Shown: piece by piece, positions 17,433-26,935 of the stretch | Layout: each line of letters opens with the position of its first letter | Position numbering within the stretch: the stretch's first letter is position 1 | Origin: an uncultured Eubacteriales bacterium | GTDB lineage: Bacteria > Bacillota > Clostridia > Oscillospirales > CAG-272 | Length of the DNA: 64,000 nucleotides | Assembly (NCBI GenBank): GCA_934486825.1 | Contig: CAKSQF010000002.1 | Coordinates: 1,298-65,297 of the forward strand | Direction: 5' to 3' | The notes under the pieces: generated by a model | Databases searched by the model: none | What the model was told of the DNA's origin: nothing | What the model saw: only the letters and a program-made list of their open reading frames with translations | Position numbers and translations under genes: made by a program

Positions 17433-18254
17433 ATGAAAAAAAGATTGTTTGCTTTTGTATTTCTCAATATGATGCTTTTGCCTCTCGGACTCTCTGCGTG
17501 TGCGCCTGCCGCATCCAACGGTGAGACGACCGCCGCCGTAACCGATAAGCCCGAAAACAGTGTTGCCGCAGACGGCACATCCGCCGCGGCGACAACGACG
17601 GCTGAGCCGAAGAAAAGTGAGCCCGAAATATCGCTTGAGGGAAAGACGATCGTCTGGCTCGGCTCTTCGGTAACATACGGTCACGCAAACAGAGGCGAGT
17701 CAATGGCTGAGTATCTTGAACGCAGTGCTCACTGTATCAGTGCGAAATACGCGGTTTCGGGAACGACCCTCGTCGATAACGGGGACAACTCGTATATATC
17801 GAGGATGAAGAAAATACCCACCGATCAGAAATGTGACTACTTTATATGCCAGCTTTCGACAAATGACGCAACGCAGAAGAAACCGCTCGGAAAAATAAGT
17901 GATTCGTTTGATATCGACTCCTTTGACACTTCGACTGTCTGCGGGGCAATAGAGTATGTTATCGCATACGCAAAGGAGCGTTTCGGTTGTCCCGTCGCAT
18001 TCTATACAAATCCGCCCTATGATTCGGCAGAGTACAGACGTATGGTATCGTCAATGCTTAAAATAAAGGAAAAGTGGGGAATTGAGGTTCTCGATCTCTG
18101 GAATAACGAGGATCTTGCGGCAATGTCGCGCGAAGAAAGAGATGCTTTCCTTAAAAGAAATATGGCTGACAGTATACATCCGAATGCTCTCGGATACAGA
18201 AGATGGCTGACCCCGATCTTTGAAGAGTTTATCAAAAAAACGATAGTGAAATAA
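17433..18254 (+). CDS. SGNH/GDSL hydrolase family lipoprotein
   Basis: Lipobox LGLSAC. Block I is WLGSSVTYG, followed by LSTNDA, and block V is DSIHPNALGY. Confidence 0.75.
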   Translation: MKKRLFAFVFLNMMLLPLGLSACAPAASNGETTAAVTDKPENSVAADGTSAAATTTAEPKKSEPEISLEGKTIVWLGSSVTYGHANRGESMAEYLERSAHCISAKYAVSGTTLVDNGDNSYISRMKKIPTDQKCDYFICQLSTNDATQKKPLGKISDSFDIDSFDTSTVCGAIEYVIAYAKERFGCPVAFYTNPPYDSAEYRRMVSSMLKIKEKWGIEVLDLWNNEDLAAMSREERDAFLKRNMADSIHPNALGYRRWLTPIFEEFIKKTIVK

Positions 18255-18259
18255 AATTG

Positions 18260-18295
18260 CCGGACATGCGAAACTTTTCGCATGCCCGGTTTTGT
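18260..18295. terminator. Bidirectional terminator
   Basis: CCGGACATGCGA/TCGCATGCCCGG stem (one mismatch) followed by TTTTGT, between convergent genes. Confidence 0.65.
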
Positions 18296-18296
18296 C

Positions 18297-19409
18297 TTAT
18301 TTTACGTAGATGCGTGGAACCCGCGACGAAATGTTACACATGACCTCGTAGGATATGGTGCCGCAGATTTCGGCAATGTCGTCGGCATCAAAGCCTTCGC
18401 CGAGAAGCGTTACCTCGTCACCGTCGCCTGCCGGTATGTCGGTGACGTCAACCATAAACATATCCATGCAGACCCTGCCGACAACCGGTGCGCAGTTGCC
18501 GTTTATTATGACCTTCCCTTTGTTTGAAAGCGCACGCGGGTATCCGTCGGCATACCCGACCGGAATCGTCGCAATCCTGCGTCTGCCTTCGGCAATGTAG
18601 GTTCGCCCGTATCCGATGCTGTCTCCCGCTTCGATTTCTTTTATGTGAACTATGTGGCTTTTCCATGTGAGCGCGGGGAGCAGTTCTGCCTGCGAATGTA
18701 CCTCGCTTGACGGCATGTAACCGTAGAGCGCAATACCGACACGCATTTCGGTTTTTGCGGTGTACGGCATTTCAAGCACGGCTGCCGAGTTTGCACAGGT
18801 GATGTTCGAAAAGACCGCTCCGCCGGATGCGCATGCATCGATAAAACGGTTAAAACGGTCAAACTGTATCATCGAAAAGCTTTTGTCCGCACTGTCGGCA
18901 GTGGCAAAGTGCATGAACAGCCCGTAAAGCTCGATGCCTTTCATTTTCGCAATGCGGCACACCGTATCACTGCCCTCTTTGCCGTAAGGAAAACCTATGC
19001 GACCCATTCCGGTATCGACTTTTATGTTGATTTTTGCCTTTTTGCCCATCGACAGCGCCACCTCGGACAGCCTTTCGGCATCCGACAGCTTGTATATTGC
19101 CGGGATGATGTCGTTTTCGATAAGCGTTCTGTAAGATGACGGATGCGCGTATCCGAGAATGTATATCGGCGTCTCAAAGCCGCAGGTTTTGAGTTCGATC
19201 GCCTCGTCTGCCGTCGCAACCGCAAACGCATCCACAAGATCGTGTATGATTCCCGCGGTGCGGACCGCTCCGTGCCCGTATGCATTGGCTTTGACCACTC
19301 CGACCGGTTTTACCCCCTCCGGAATAAGCTTCATGCACGCGAGCAGGTTTTTTCTGATGTTTGTAAGATTTATCTGCGCATATGTGCGGAACAGTGTGTA
19401 TTCTTCCAT
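18297..19409 (-). CDS. alr: Alanine racemase
   Basis: PLP-lysine motif VVKANAYGHGAV, a length of 370 aa, and C-terminal ISYEVMCNISSRVPR. Confidence 0.9.
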   Translation of the reverse strand: MEEYTLFRTYAQINLTNIRKNLLACMKLIPEGVKPVGVVKANAYGHGAVRTAGIIHDLVDAFAVATADEAIELKTCGFETPIYILGYAHPSSYRTLIENDIIPAIYKLSDAERLSEVALSMGKKAKINIKVDTGMGRIGFPYGKEGSDTVCRIAKMKGIELYGLFMHFATADSADKSFSMIQFDRFNRFIDACASGGAVFSNITCANSAAVLEMPYTAKTEMRVGIALYGYMPSSEVHSQAELLPALTWKSHIVHIKEIEAGDSIGYGRTYIAEGRRRIATIPVGYADGYPRALSNKGKVIINGNCAPVVGRVCMDMFMVDVTDIPAGDGDEVTLLGEGFDADDIAEICGTISYEVMCNISSRVPRIYVK

Positions 19410-19432
19410 TAAAATCGTAAACCTCTTGTATG

Positions 19433-20752
19433 TTATTTCAACGCTATCAGTTTCCCGAAGGCACTGCCGTTTCTGTAATCGGTAATTATGACTTTTCCCG
19501 ATCTGCCGTGCAGTCCGATGTCGGAGGGTACGCAGACTTCAATAAATGACGCTGTGTGACCGCGCGCGAGACTGCCCGAGTAATCTTCAAACAGGATATC
19601 GAACTCCTGCCCGATAAGTTCGGAGAATATGCGCCCCCTTGAGCGCTCTCTTACTTCCTCAAGCCTGTGCAGACGCTCGGATTTCACCGATTCGCTTACC
19701 TGTCCGCTCATTCCGTATGCCTCGGTGCCCGGTCTGCGCGAAAATGGGAAAATGTGATTGTAAATAAGCCCAAGTCTGTCGATAAACGCCTCGGTAATGT
19801 CGAAATCTTCATCTGTTTCCCCCGGGAATCCGACTATTGTGTCGGCTGTAAACATGGCACCCGGCATTATGCTTCTTATATGCTCGGCGTTGCGGATTAC
19901 GGCGGCGGTATTGTATCGGCGCCGCATGGCGGCAAGCGTCCTGTCGCATCCGCTCTGGAGCGACAGGTGAAAATGATGACAAAGCTTTGACGAGCCTGCA
20001 AGACGGTCAACAAAATCGGGAGTAAGAAGGGAAGGGTCAAGCGATCCGAGCCTTATCCGCTCAAGCCCGTCGATGTCGCCGAGCGCCAGCACAAGATCGC
20101 AGAGATCGGTGCGGGAACCGTCAGACTTCCTTTCGTAAAGGTCTTTTCCCCATGCGGATATCTCAATACCCGTCAGGACGACCTCGCGGTATCCGGATTT
20201 TGCAAGCGCCGCTATTTCGCTGTGTACGTCGTTCATGGCTTTTGATCTGACAGGACCGCGTGCGTCCTTTATAGTGCAGTACGCGCATTTTGAATCGCAC
20301 CCGTCCTCGATCTTCACATAAGCGCGTGTGCGCTCGCTGTGCTTTATTGAGGACGGCTCGAATTTTGCATCCGAGAGAGGCGGGACATTGATTCCTTCAG
20401 TGCGTTTTCCGGTTGATGCATACAGAAGCGCGGCGTCTACCGCTTCTTTTTTTGCATAATTTCCGCATACATACGAAACGCCGTCTATGGCAAGTAGTTC
20501 TTCGGCACGGAGCTGTGCATAGCAACCTGTAATTATGACATATGCGTCCGGATTTTCACCGATCGTTCTCCGTACAAGCTGTCTTGCCTTGCGCTCGGAC
20601 TCGGCGGTTACAGCACAACTGTTTATTATGCAGACATCCGCAGGTTCGTCTTTGCCCGACTTTGTAAGTCCGGCATCAGAAAGCGCCTCGGACATGACAG
20701 TGCTCTCATATTGATTGACCTTGCACCCGAGGGTGTGTATGATAAATTTCAT
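19433..20752 (-). CDS. mtaB: tRNA t6A37 methylthiotransferase MtaB (radical SAM, MiaB-like)
   Basis: N-terminal UPF0004 domain TLGCKVNQYES, radical SAM motif CDSKCAYCTI, and a C-terminal TRAM-like domain. Confidence 0.8.
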   Translation of the reverse strand: MKFIIHTLGCKVNQYESTVMSEALSDAGLTKSGKDEPADVCIINSCAVTAESERKARQLVRRTIGENPDAYVIITGCYAQLRAEELLAIDGVSYVCGNYAKKEAVDAALLYASTGKRTEGINVPPLSDAKFEPSSIKHSERTRAYVKIEDGCDSKCAYCTIKDARGPVRSKAMNDVHSEIAALAKSGYREVVLTGIEISAWGKDLYERKSDGSRTDLCDLVLALGDIDGLERIRLGSLDPSLLTPDFVDRLAGSSKLCHHFHLSLQSGCDRTLAAMRRRYNTAAVIRNAEHIRSIMPGAMFTADTIVGFPGETDEDFDITEAFIDRLGLIYNHIFPFSRRPGTEAYGMSGQVSESVKSERLHRLEEVRERSRGRIFSELIGQEFDILFEDYSGSLARGHTASFIEVCVPSDIGLHGRSGKVIITDYRNGSAFGKLIALK

Positions 20753-20854
20753 TTTCCGGTACCGCTCCTTCCTTCGGATGATCGCATAATTACTGCTATT
20801 ATAGCATATGCAGTCGGATGTGTAAAGCCTTTTTTTGATTTATGACGTAAAAAT

Positions 20855-20878
20855 GTGCGGAATATGAATATTCCGCAC
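20855..20878 (-). terminator. Terminator after the DUF4097 gene
   Basis: GTGCGGAATAT/ATATTCCGCAC hairpin with a minus-strand U-run. Confidence 0.6.
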
Positions 20879-20895
20879 AATAAAAATATTTTTGT

Positions 20896-21990
20896 TTAAC
20901 CGTCTATCGGTATAATCGATACGCCGCCCGACATGCTGTTAATGTCGATTTTTGCAATCTTGTTTCCTTTTCTCGAAACGTGCTTTTTCGACATTTCAAT
21001 GTTGTCAAACGAGCAGTCAAGTTTTCCCGACATGCTGTCAATGTCAACGTCAAAGCCCGAATCGGCGGGAAGATATATCCGCGTGCCGCCCGACATGCTG
21101 TCAATGTCGATGCTGTCGGGACATTCGGTAAGTCGCAGCTCTACACCGCCGGAGGCACTGTTACACCTTATTCTGTCGGCTTTCCCGTTGTATGAAAGAC
21201 CGCCGGAGGCACTGTCTGCTTTAAGCGTCTTACATTCACAGTCCGAAAATGATGTGTGACCGCTTGCCGTGTCTACCGATATGCTGTCGGCTTTGAGCGC
21301 GGTGACCTCAACGCCGCCCGAGGCGCTGTTAATGTCACATTCGGTGACATTGCTGTCCGAAATATATGTCTTGCCCGAAGCGGTATCAATGTTCAGCTTT
21401 TCGGCTGTGATCCCGCTTATGTCAATCTGCGAGGAGGCGCATTTGACGTCAAGACGGTCGGGCACGAATCCGTCGGGAAGTGTGAGTATAAGTGTCTTTT
21501 TCGGAAGATTTGCCGAAATCAGTGAGGCGTTTTTGCTGTAACGTATCGACAGCTTTCCGCCCTCGACCTTCCAACACATACGGTATTTGTCGTTGTCTCC
21601 CTCCTCCGAAACAGAGAAGGAGCCGTCATTGCTTTTTTTGATTTCGACATTTCCGCATGCCCATCCGATGTCAATGCTTCTTATCTTGCCGTCATCTGCG
21701 TCAAAACTGTTTTCGGTATAGCTGTTATCACCCGAAAATCCGTTAAGTGTCGAAAAGAAATTGAATCCCATAATACTTTTACCTGCCTTTGTCAAGAAAA
21801 TTCCGATCACAAGACCGACGCTCAGCACGATTATCAATATAACGCTTGTGATTATGCCTATTATGCCGATAGTGTTGTTTCTGCTCATAAAATATATCCC
21901 TGTCACAAGTATTGCCGTAAGTAAAAGAATCGCCAGAGAGCTTGCGGCAATGTTTTGTATGTCAGTGTTCCTTCCTTTCATTATTTTCAT
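20896..21990 (-). CDS. Membrane-anchored DUF4097 family beta-strand repeat protein
   Basis: Two N-terminal TM helices, then 8 reiterated D/N-(T/S)-(A/M)-SG units (TASGK, SASGG, TASGH, SASGG, SASGG, SMSGG, SMSGK, SMSGG). Confidence 0.7.
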   Translation of the reverse strand: MKIMKGRNTDIQNIAASSLAILLLTAILVTGIYFMSRNNTIGIIGIITSVILIIVLSVGLVIGIFLTKAGKSIMGFNFFSTLNGFSGDNSYTENSFDADDGKIRSIDIGWACGNVEIKKSNDGSFSVSEEGDNDKYRMCWKVEGGKLSIRYSKNASLISANLPKKTLILTLPDGFVPDRLDVKCASSQIDISGITAEKLNIDTASGKTYISDSNVTECDINSASGGVEVTALKADSISVDTASGHTSFSDCECKTLKADSASGGLSYNGKADRIRCNSASGGVELRLTECPDSIDIDSMSGGTRIYLPADSGFDVDIDSMSGKLDCSFDNIEMSKKHVSRKGNKIAKIDINSMSGGVSIIPIDG

Positions 21991-21991
21991 C

Positions 21992-22870
21992 TCATTTCCG
22001 CAGATTCATAATTGATAAGATAAGACTTTCGAATGCCGAACCGATAAGAAATACTATCCATGTTACCGCCCATGCATGGGTAATAAATGACAGAACAAAA
22101 TAAACGATTACCGTAATAAACCATATCAGCTTTTTTATCGGCTTCACCTCGGCTCTCGTGTATGCGTTTGCCATATTGTAATCGCAGTAAGCTGCCCTGC
22201 GTTGTGCGGGGATCATCGCTCCGGAGATTATCAGTATGATTCCTGCCGCAACAAGAGCAAACAGAAGAGTTATGCCGAGTCTGTCCGGCTCTGAGACGAC
22301 CATGACCGGTACTGCACACGCGATCTCGCAACCGACACCGAGTCCGATGAGTCCGTAGTGAAAATAAGTCTTTGCCGTTGCTCCGTACCGCATTGCAGAA
22401 GAAAAAATAAAGAGGAATACACCCGCAGCAACAAAAACAAGTATCGGTGTGGCGATCCAACCGCCGTCATAGCCGTTGACCGAAAGCATCACCGTCGGAA
22501 CCCAGCAGAGGGCACAGAACAGGATGCCGAAGGTTATCACAAGCTGGTGAAACGGAGTGCGCCCTGCCATGAAGGTGTTTCTGCCGCTCTGACCGGGAGA
22601 AGCCGTAAAGCCGGGTGCCGGACGTTCGCCATCCGCACCATGAGCGCTTTTTTCTTCTTTTTTGCCGAACAGCTCGGAGGTGTCACCGAGACTGTCGCAT
22701 GTCTGCCGGAAGGCTTCGTCCTCACTCATTCCGTTTGAAATCAGATCGTCATACTGCTGGCGAAGATTTGTTGTTATTTCTATTTTGAGCTCGCACGCCT
22801 CGGGTGTGTTCGGGCTTCCTTCAAACGCCTTTTCCAAAAAAGCATCGAGTGTTTCGTAGCTGTTACTCAT
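21992..22870 (-). CDS. Membrane protein with a PadR-associated N-terminal helical domain (DUF1700 / permease-prefix-domain-1-like)
   Basis: LDAFLEKAF.....ACELKIEITTNLRQQYDDLISNGMSEDEAFRQTCDSLGDTSELF, followed by about 6 TM helices. Its start overlaps the padR stop (ATGA). Confidence 0.55.
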   Translation of the reverse strand: MSNSYETLDAFLEKAFEGSPNTPEACELKIEITTNLRQQYDDLISNGMSEDEAFRQTCDSLGDTSELFGKKEEKSAHGADGERPAPGFTASPGQSGRNTFMAGRTPFHQLVITFGILFCALCWVPTVMLSVNGYDGGWIATPILVFVAAGVFLFIFSSAMRYGATAKTYFHYGLIGLGVGCEIACAVPVMVVSEPDRLGITLLFALVAAGIILIISGAMIPAQRRAAYCDYNMANAYTRAEVKPIKKLIWFITVIVYFVLSFITHAWAVTWIVFLIGSAFESLILSIMNLRK

Positions 22871-23208
22871 ATCTGTTCATCCTTTCCGAAAATCAGTCTG
22901 TCTAATATTCTTCTTGCATTGCTCCAGTCGTTTCTACTTCTTTCGAGTATGTTTTTTCCCCTGTCGGTGATCCGGTAATAGTGTCGCCTTGCTCCGCCGG
23001 CTTCATTTCCCCAATAGGATTCTATGTCTCCCGATTCTTCGAGACGCTTGAATGCGCAATACAACGTCGCCTCTTTCAAAGTGAATTCGCCGCCCGAATA
23101 CTCCTTTATCGATTTGTTGATCTCATATCCGTAGCTGTCTCCGCTTTCAAGGAGCGCGAGAAGAACCGTGTCGGTATTTCCTCTCAGAAGGTCCGATGTT
23201 ATTGACAT
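22867..23208 (-). CDS. PadR family transcriptional regulator
   Basis: LRGNTDTVLLALLESGDSYGYEINKSIKEYSGGEFTLKEATLYCAFKRLEESGDIESYWG......RHYYRITDRG. The start was set at the ATG at 23208 after AAAGGAGGGG. Confidence 0.85.
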   Translation of the reverse strand: MSITSDLLRGNTDTVLLALLESGDSYGYEINKSIKEYSGGEFTLKEATLYCAFKRLEESGDIESYWGNEAGGARRHYYRITDRGKNILERSRNDWSNARRILDRLIFGKDEQI

Positions 23209-23232
23209 TTGATTCCCCTCCTTTTTGACAGC

Positions 23233-23261
23233 ATTATAACACGAGATACATTGTCTGTCAA
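23233..23261 (-). promoter_or_regulatory. Consensus sigma-A promoter of the padR operon, embedded in an inverted repeat
   Basis: The minus strand has TTGACA-17 nt-TATAAT. TTGACAG (23225-23231) and CTGTCAA (23255-23261) form a 7-bp inverted repeat around it. ACAATA-T-TATTGT lies just upstream. Confidence 0.65.
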
Positions 23262-23300
23262 GGTATCTCACACAATAATATTGTAAACAATATGTGAACA

Positions 23301-23335
23301 AAAAAGGATCGCAGATTCTTTCTGCGATCCTTTTG
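23301..23335. terminator. Terminator after typA
   Basis: GGATCGCAG/CTGCGATCC stem flanked by AAAAA and TTTT. Confidence 0.75.
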
Positions 23336-23344
23336 TAGATGTGT

Positions 23345-25168
23345 TTATTTTTTGAGTTTTGCCTGGGCTTTGAGCCTGTTTTGTGTGTTGAGGATTGATT
23401 TTCTCAGCCTGATGTTGTGAGGAGTGACTTCAATAAGCTCGTCCTGCGCAATAAATTCTATTGCCTCTTCAAGCCCCATGATTCTCGGAGGGGTAAGAAT
23501 GAGCTTTTCGTCGGCACCTTTTGAACGGATGGCGGTAAGCTGCTTGGTTTTGCAGGGATTTACCGCAATATCGCCGAGCTTCGGGTTCTCTCCGACGATC
23601 ATGCCCTCGTATACCGGAGTCTGAACACCGACAAACAGTTGTCCGCGATCCTGTGTGTTGTAAAGACCGTAGGAGGTTGTCTCACCCGCCTCGGAGGCTA
23701 CAAGCGACCCCGTAAAGCGGGAGGTGATGTCTCCCTTGTAAGGCTGATAGCCGTCAAATATCGAATTTATAATTCCTTCGCCGCGTGTGTCGGTCATGAA
23801 TTTTGAACGGTAGCCGAACAGACAGCGGGCGGGAATGGAGTATTCCATCTTCGTGCGGCTTCCGTGAACCGACATATCAATAAGCTCGCCCTTGCGCGCT
23901 CCGAGCTTTTCCATTACCGAACCGGCATAGAGACTGTCAACATCGATGTAAACGCGTTCCATAGGCTCGCATTTCTTGCCGTCGATCTCCTTGTAGATAA
24001 CTCTCGGGGAAGAGACCGCAAGCTCAAAGCCTTCGCGTCTCATTGTTTCTATCAGTATCGACAGGTGCATTTCGCCTCTGCCGCAGACCTTGAACGAATC
24101 TGTCGTGTCGCCGTCGGATACGCGAAGGGATACATCCTTCAGAAGCTCGTCGTAAAGGCGCTTGCGGAGCTGTCTTGAGGTTACGAACTTTCCGTCCTTG
24201 CCCGCAAACGGCGAATCATTGACCTGAAATGTCATTTCAAGCGTCGGCTCCGAAATTTTTACAAAGGAGAGCGGATTGGGGGCGTCGGGTGAGCAGATTG
24301 TGTCGCCGATGGTAATATTCTCGGCACCCGAGAAGCAGACTATGTCTCCGGGGAGACTTGATTCGATCGGTACACGACGCAGTCCGTCAAACGCATAAAG
24401 GGAAACTATGCGCGTCCGACGTGCGGTCTCACCGCTGTGGTAGTTGCAGACTGTAACGTCCTGACCCACCTTGATTATGCCGTTTTCGACTCTTCCGATT
24501 CCTATTCTGCCGACATAGTCATTGTAGTCGATGGAAGATACCAGCATCTGCAAAGGAGCATTCTCGTCACCCTGAGGCGCCGGCATATAATCGAGGATTG
24601 TATCGAAAAGCGGACGGAGATCGGTTCCGGGAACACTCGGATCAAGCGTTGCGGTTCCGGCACGTCCGGAGCAGTAAATAATCGGCGAATCAAGCTGTTC
24701 GTCGTTGGCATCCAGATCGATGAGAAGATCGAGAATCTCGTCCGGAACCTCGTCAAGACGCGCATCCGGCTTGTCGATCTTGTTTATGACGATAATAACA
24801 CGGTGGTTCAGCTCAAGCGCACGTTGCAGAACAAAACGTGTCTGAGGCATCGGACCCTCGGCGGCATCAACAAGCAGAATGACTCCGTTGACCATTTTCA
24901 GTATACGTTCGACCTCCCCCCCGAAATCGGCATGCCCGGGAGTATCGACGATGTTTATCTTTACGTCCTTATAATGTATTGCGGTGTTTTTAGCAAGTAT
25001 TGTGATTCCACGTTCTCTTTCAAGATCGCCGGAGTCCATTACGCGTTCGGTAGTCGCCTGATTTTCACGGTATACGCCGCCTTGCTTCAGCATTTCATCG
25101 ACAAGTGTTGTTTTGCCGTGGTCAACATGGGCAATTATGGCAATGTTTCTGAGATCGTTTCTTACCAA
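23345..25168 (-). CDS. typA: Translational GTPase TypA/BipA
   Basis: [31 protein letters not shown] and NKIDK, with a length of 607 aa. TTG start after GAGGA. Confidence 0.9.
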   Translation of the reverse strand: MVRNDLRNIAIIAHVDHGKTTLVDEMLKQGGVYRENQATTERVMDSGDLERERGITILAKNTAIHYKDVKINIVDTPGHADFGGEVERILKMVNGVILLVDAAEGPMPQTRFVLQRALELNHRVIIVINKIDKPDARLDEVPDEILDLLIDLDANDEQLDSPIIYCSGRAGTATLDPSVPGTDLRPLFDTILDYMPAPQGDENAPLQMLVSSIDYNDYVGRIGIGRVENGIIKVGQDVTVCNYHSGETARRTRIVSLYAFDGLRRVPIESSLPGDIVCFSGAENITIGDTICSPDAPNPLSFVKISEPTLEMTFQVNDSPFAGKDGKFVTSRQLRKRLYDELLKDVSLRVSDGDTTDSFKVCGRGEMHLSILIETMRREGFELAVSSPRVIYKEIDGKKCEPMERVYIDVDSLYAGSVMEKLGARKGELIDMSVHGSRTKMEYSIPARCLFGYRSKFMTDTRGEGIINSIFDGYQPYKGDITSRFTGSLVASEAGETTSYGLYNTQDRGQLFVGVQTPVYEGMIVGENPKLGDIAVNPCKTKQLTAIRSKGADEKLILTPPRIMGLEEAIEFIAQDELIEVTPHNIRLRKSILNTQNRLKAQAKLKK

Positions 25169-25494
25169 AACAGTATATCCTCACATTCTTGATTTTTCTT
25201 TTTCTTTTTCTTTGTACCTCATCTTAACCTGTATATTATATCACAAAGAATGTTGAAAGAAAAGATGTTTTCGAAAAATAAAGAAAAATTTTTTACACAA
25301 AATTTTCAAATATAATGGCAGATATATGTTATAATACGCACAGAAAGTCTTTCCGATGAAAGCCTTTCGCGGGCAAAGCCCGCCGTGTGCCGATCACGGC
25401 ACACCTGCTCCTTGCGGTGCGGCGTGAAAATGTTCATAGATAAATTTGTGTAATGATCGCGGCATAAGCTGCGGTATAACCGGAGGTGTGCAGC

Positions 25495-25821
25495 TTGTCA
25501 CTGTTTAAAAGAAAGCCCAAAGAGGGCAGTCTTTCGTTCCGCATAGCAATGGCTGAAAAGATCGCCGGAAAGCATATAAAATATGTGACCGAGAGAGATG
25601 ACGGCGGCGCGGAAAGCGTGATCGGCAAGGAAGGCTCGCTCTGTCTGCGTGACGGGGAGTTTATCGTATACGCTTCAATGGATATATTGTTCCGTTGTCC
25701 TGTCGAAAAACTTATCGCATCCGAGCTTATGAGTCTCGACGGCGTGATACTGACAGGACCGGACGCCGAGCATGACGGAAGAGAACGCACGGTTATCGCC
25801 TATTATCTTTACTATCGCTGA
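25495..25821 (+). CDS. Hypothetical protein (108 aa)
   Basis: An in-frame TTG lies 8 nt after GGAGG. The composition is protein-like (..GKEGSLCLRDGEFIVYASMDILFRCPVEKLIASELMSLDGVILTGPD..). I did not recognise a family. Confidence 0.4.
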   Translation: MSLFKRKPKEGSLSFRIAMAEKIAGKHIKYVTERDDGGAESVIGKEGSLCLRDGEFIVYASMDILFRCPVEKLIASELMSLDGVILTGPDAEHDGRERTVIAYYLYYR

Positions 25822-26499
25822 TTACATGTCGTACGGATATGCGTAAAAGCTGTCGTCGCAGTCGCCGAAGGCGATGAAGACTTCACAGCATTTCAGCCCT
25901 GCGTCCGACAGCTTGGCACCGAGCCAGTTTGCATCTCTTCCGATGCTCCGAAGCCCTGCATTGTTTGTCTGACCGTCAAGGATTACCGGAACCGACGAAG
26001 GAGGATCGGAAGGGTGTGAACCGAGATCCCCGAGCTCGGTCGGGCGGTTTTTTTCGATAAATTCGACGGAGAGCTTGCCGTTCGGCTCAAGCATGACCCG
26101 CCTGATCTTTTTCATGTCAAAAAGCCCCTGATTGCGCAGAAGTTCAAGAAATTCACTTGTTGAAAAGCTGCCTTTTTTGAAATTTTTTCGGTTGAATCTT
26201 CCGTTGTCGTAAAGAATAAGCGATTTCCCGACAAGGAAATGCCGCCAGGACGGAATTTTACATTCGGTAATGTGAACCGCATAGACGACAAGCCCGTATA
26301 TTATCATCGCGGTGAGCGGGTATATCGGATTCCCGTCGGGATTCACCGCAAGCTCGGCTGCGATCGAGCCGATAGTGATACCGTTGATGTAATCAAAGAG
26401 ACTCATGTTTGATACCTGTCTTGCGCCGATGAGCTTTGTCAGCACAAAAAGGACAATGATTGAAAGAATACTTCTCCAGATAGTGTTTATTATCTGCAT
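25822..26499 (-). CDS. DUF421 domain-containing membrane protein (YetF-like)
   Basis: LFVLTKLIGARQVSNMSLFDYINGITIGSIAAELA plus a C-terminal soluble domain. Confidence 0.7.
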   Translation of the reverse strand: MQIINTIWRSILSIIVLFVLTKLIGARQVSNMSLFDYINGITIGSIAAELAVNPDGNPIYPLTAMIIYGLVVYAVHITECKIPSWRHFLVGKSLILYDNGRFNRKNFKKGSFSTSEFLELLRNQGLFDMKKIRRVMLEPNGKLSVEFIEKNRPTELGDLGSHPSDPPSSVPVILDGQTNNAGLRSIGRDANWLGAKLSDAGLKCCEVFIAFGDCDDSFYAYPYDM

Positions 26500-26664
26500 G
26501 GCTTATAACCTCCCGTAAATGATCTTCTTTTACGAAAGTGTTTGCATAAATAAAAAAAATATGAATTTTGCACTTGAAAAATGTGCAAAGATATATTATA
26601 ATAATAGTTGAATAGAGAAAATCCGCGGCAAATTGCCCTCGGATGACGGGAAAGGGGAAAAAAT

Positions 26665-26934
26665 ATGCCAAACGACCGAAAAGCAGAACAAAGGACGATA
26701 GTCATACCGTCGATGGATGACAGACAGGCACAGGTGCATGCGATTCTGACAGAGGTCTATACCGCATTGCGCGCAAAGGGATATAATCCCGTGAATCAGA
26801 TTGTCGGGTATATCCTTTCCGGTGACCCGACTTATATTACAAATTATCAGTCGGCACGCAGTCTTATCTGCAAGATAGAGCGAGACGAGCTTCTTACGGT
26901 TCTGCTGTCCGATTACCTTGAAAAGGAAAGATAA
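26665..26934 (+). CDS. ireB: IreB family regulatory phosphoprotein (UPF0297)
   Basis: [58 protein letters not shown]. Confidence 0.8.
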   Translation: MPNDRKAEQRTIVIPSMDDRQAQVHAILTEVYTALRAKGYNPVNQIVGYILSGDPTYITNYQSARSLICKIERDELLTVLLSDYLEKER

Positions 26935-26935
26935 A

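Noticed and set aside
25340-25440. Resemblance of 'CGCACAG...GGGCAAAGCCCGCC' to a c-di-GMP-I (GEMM) riboswitch
   Set aside because: Only short strings are similar. The first GGCAAAC-type hairpin and the tetraloop-receptor arrangement are missing. I kept it as an unclassified structured leader instead.
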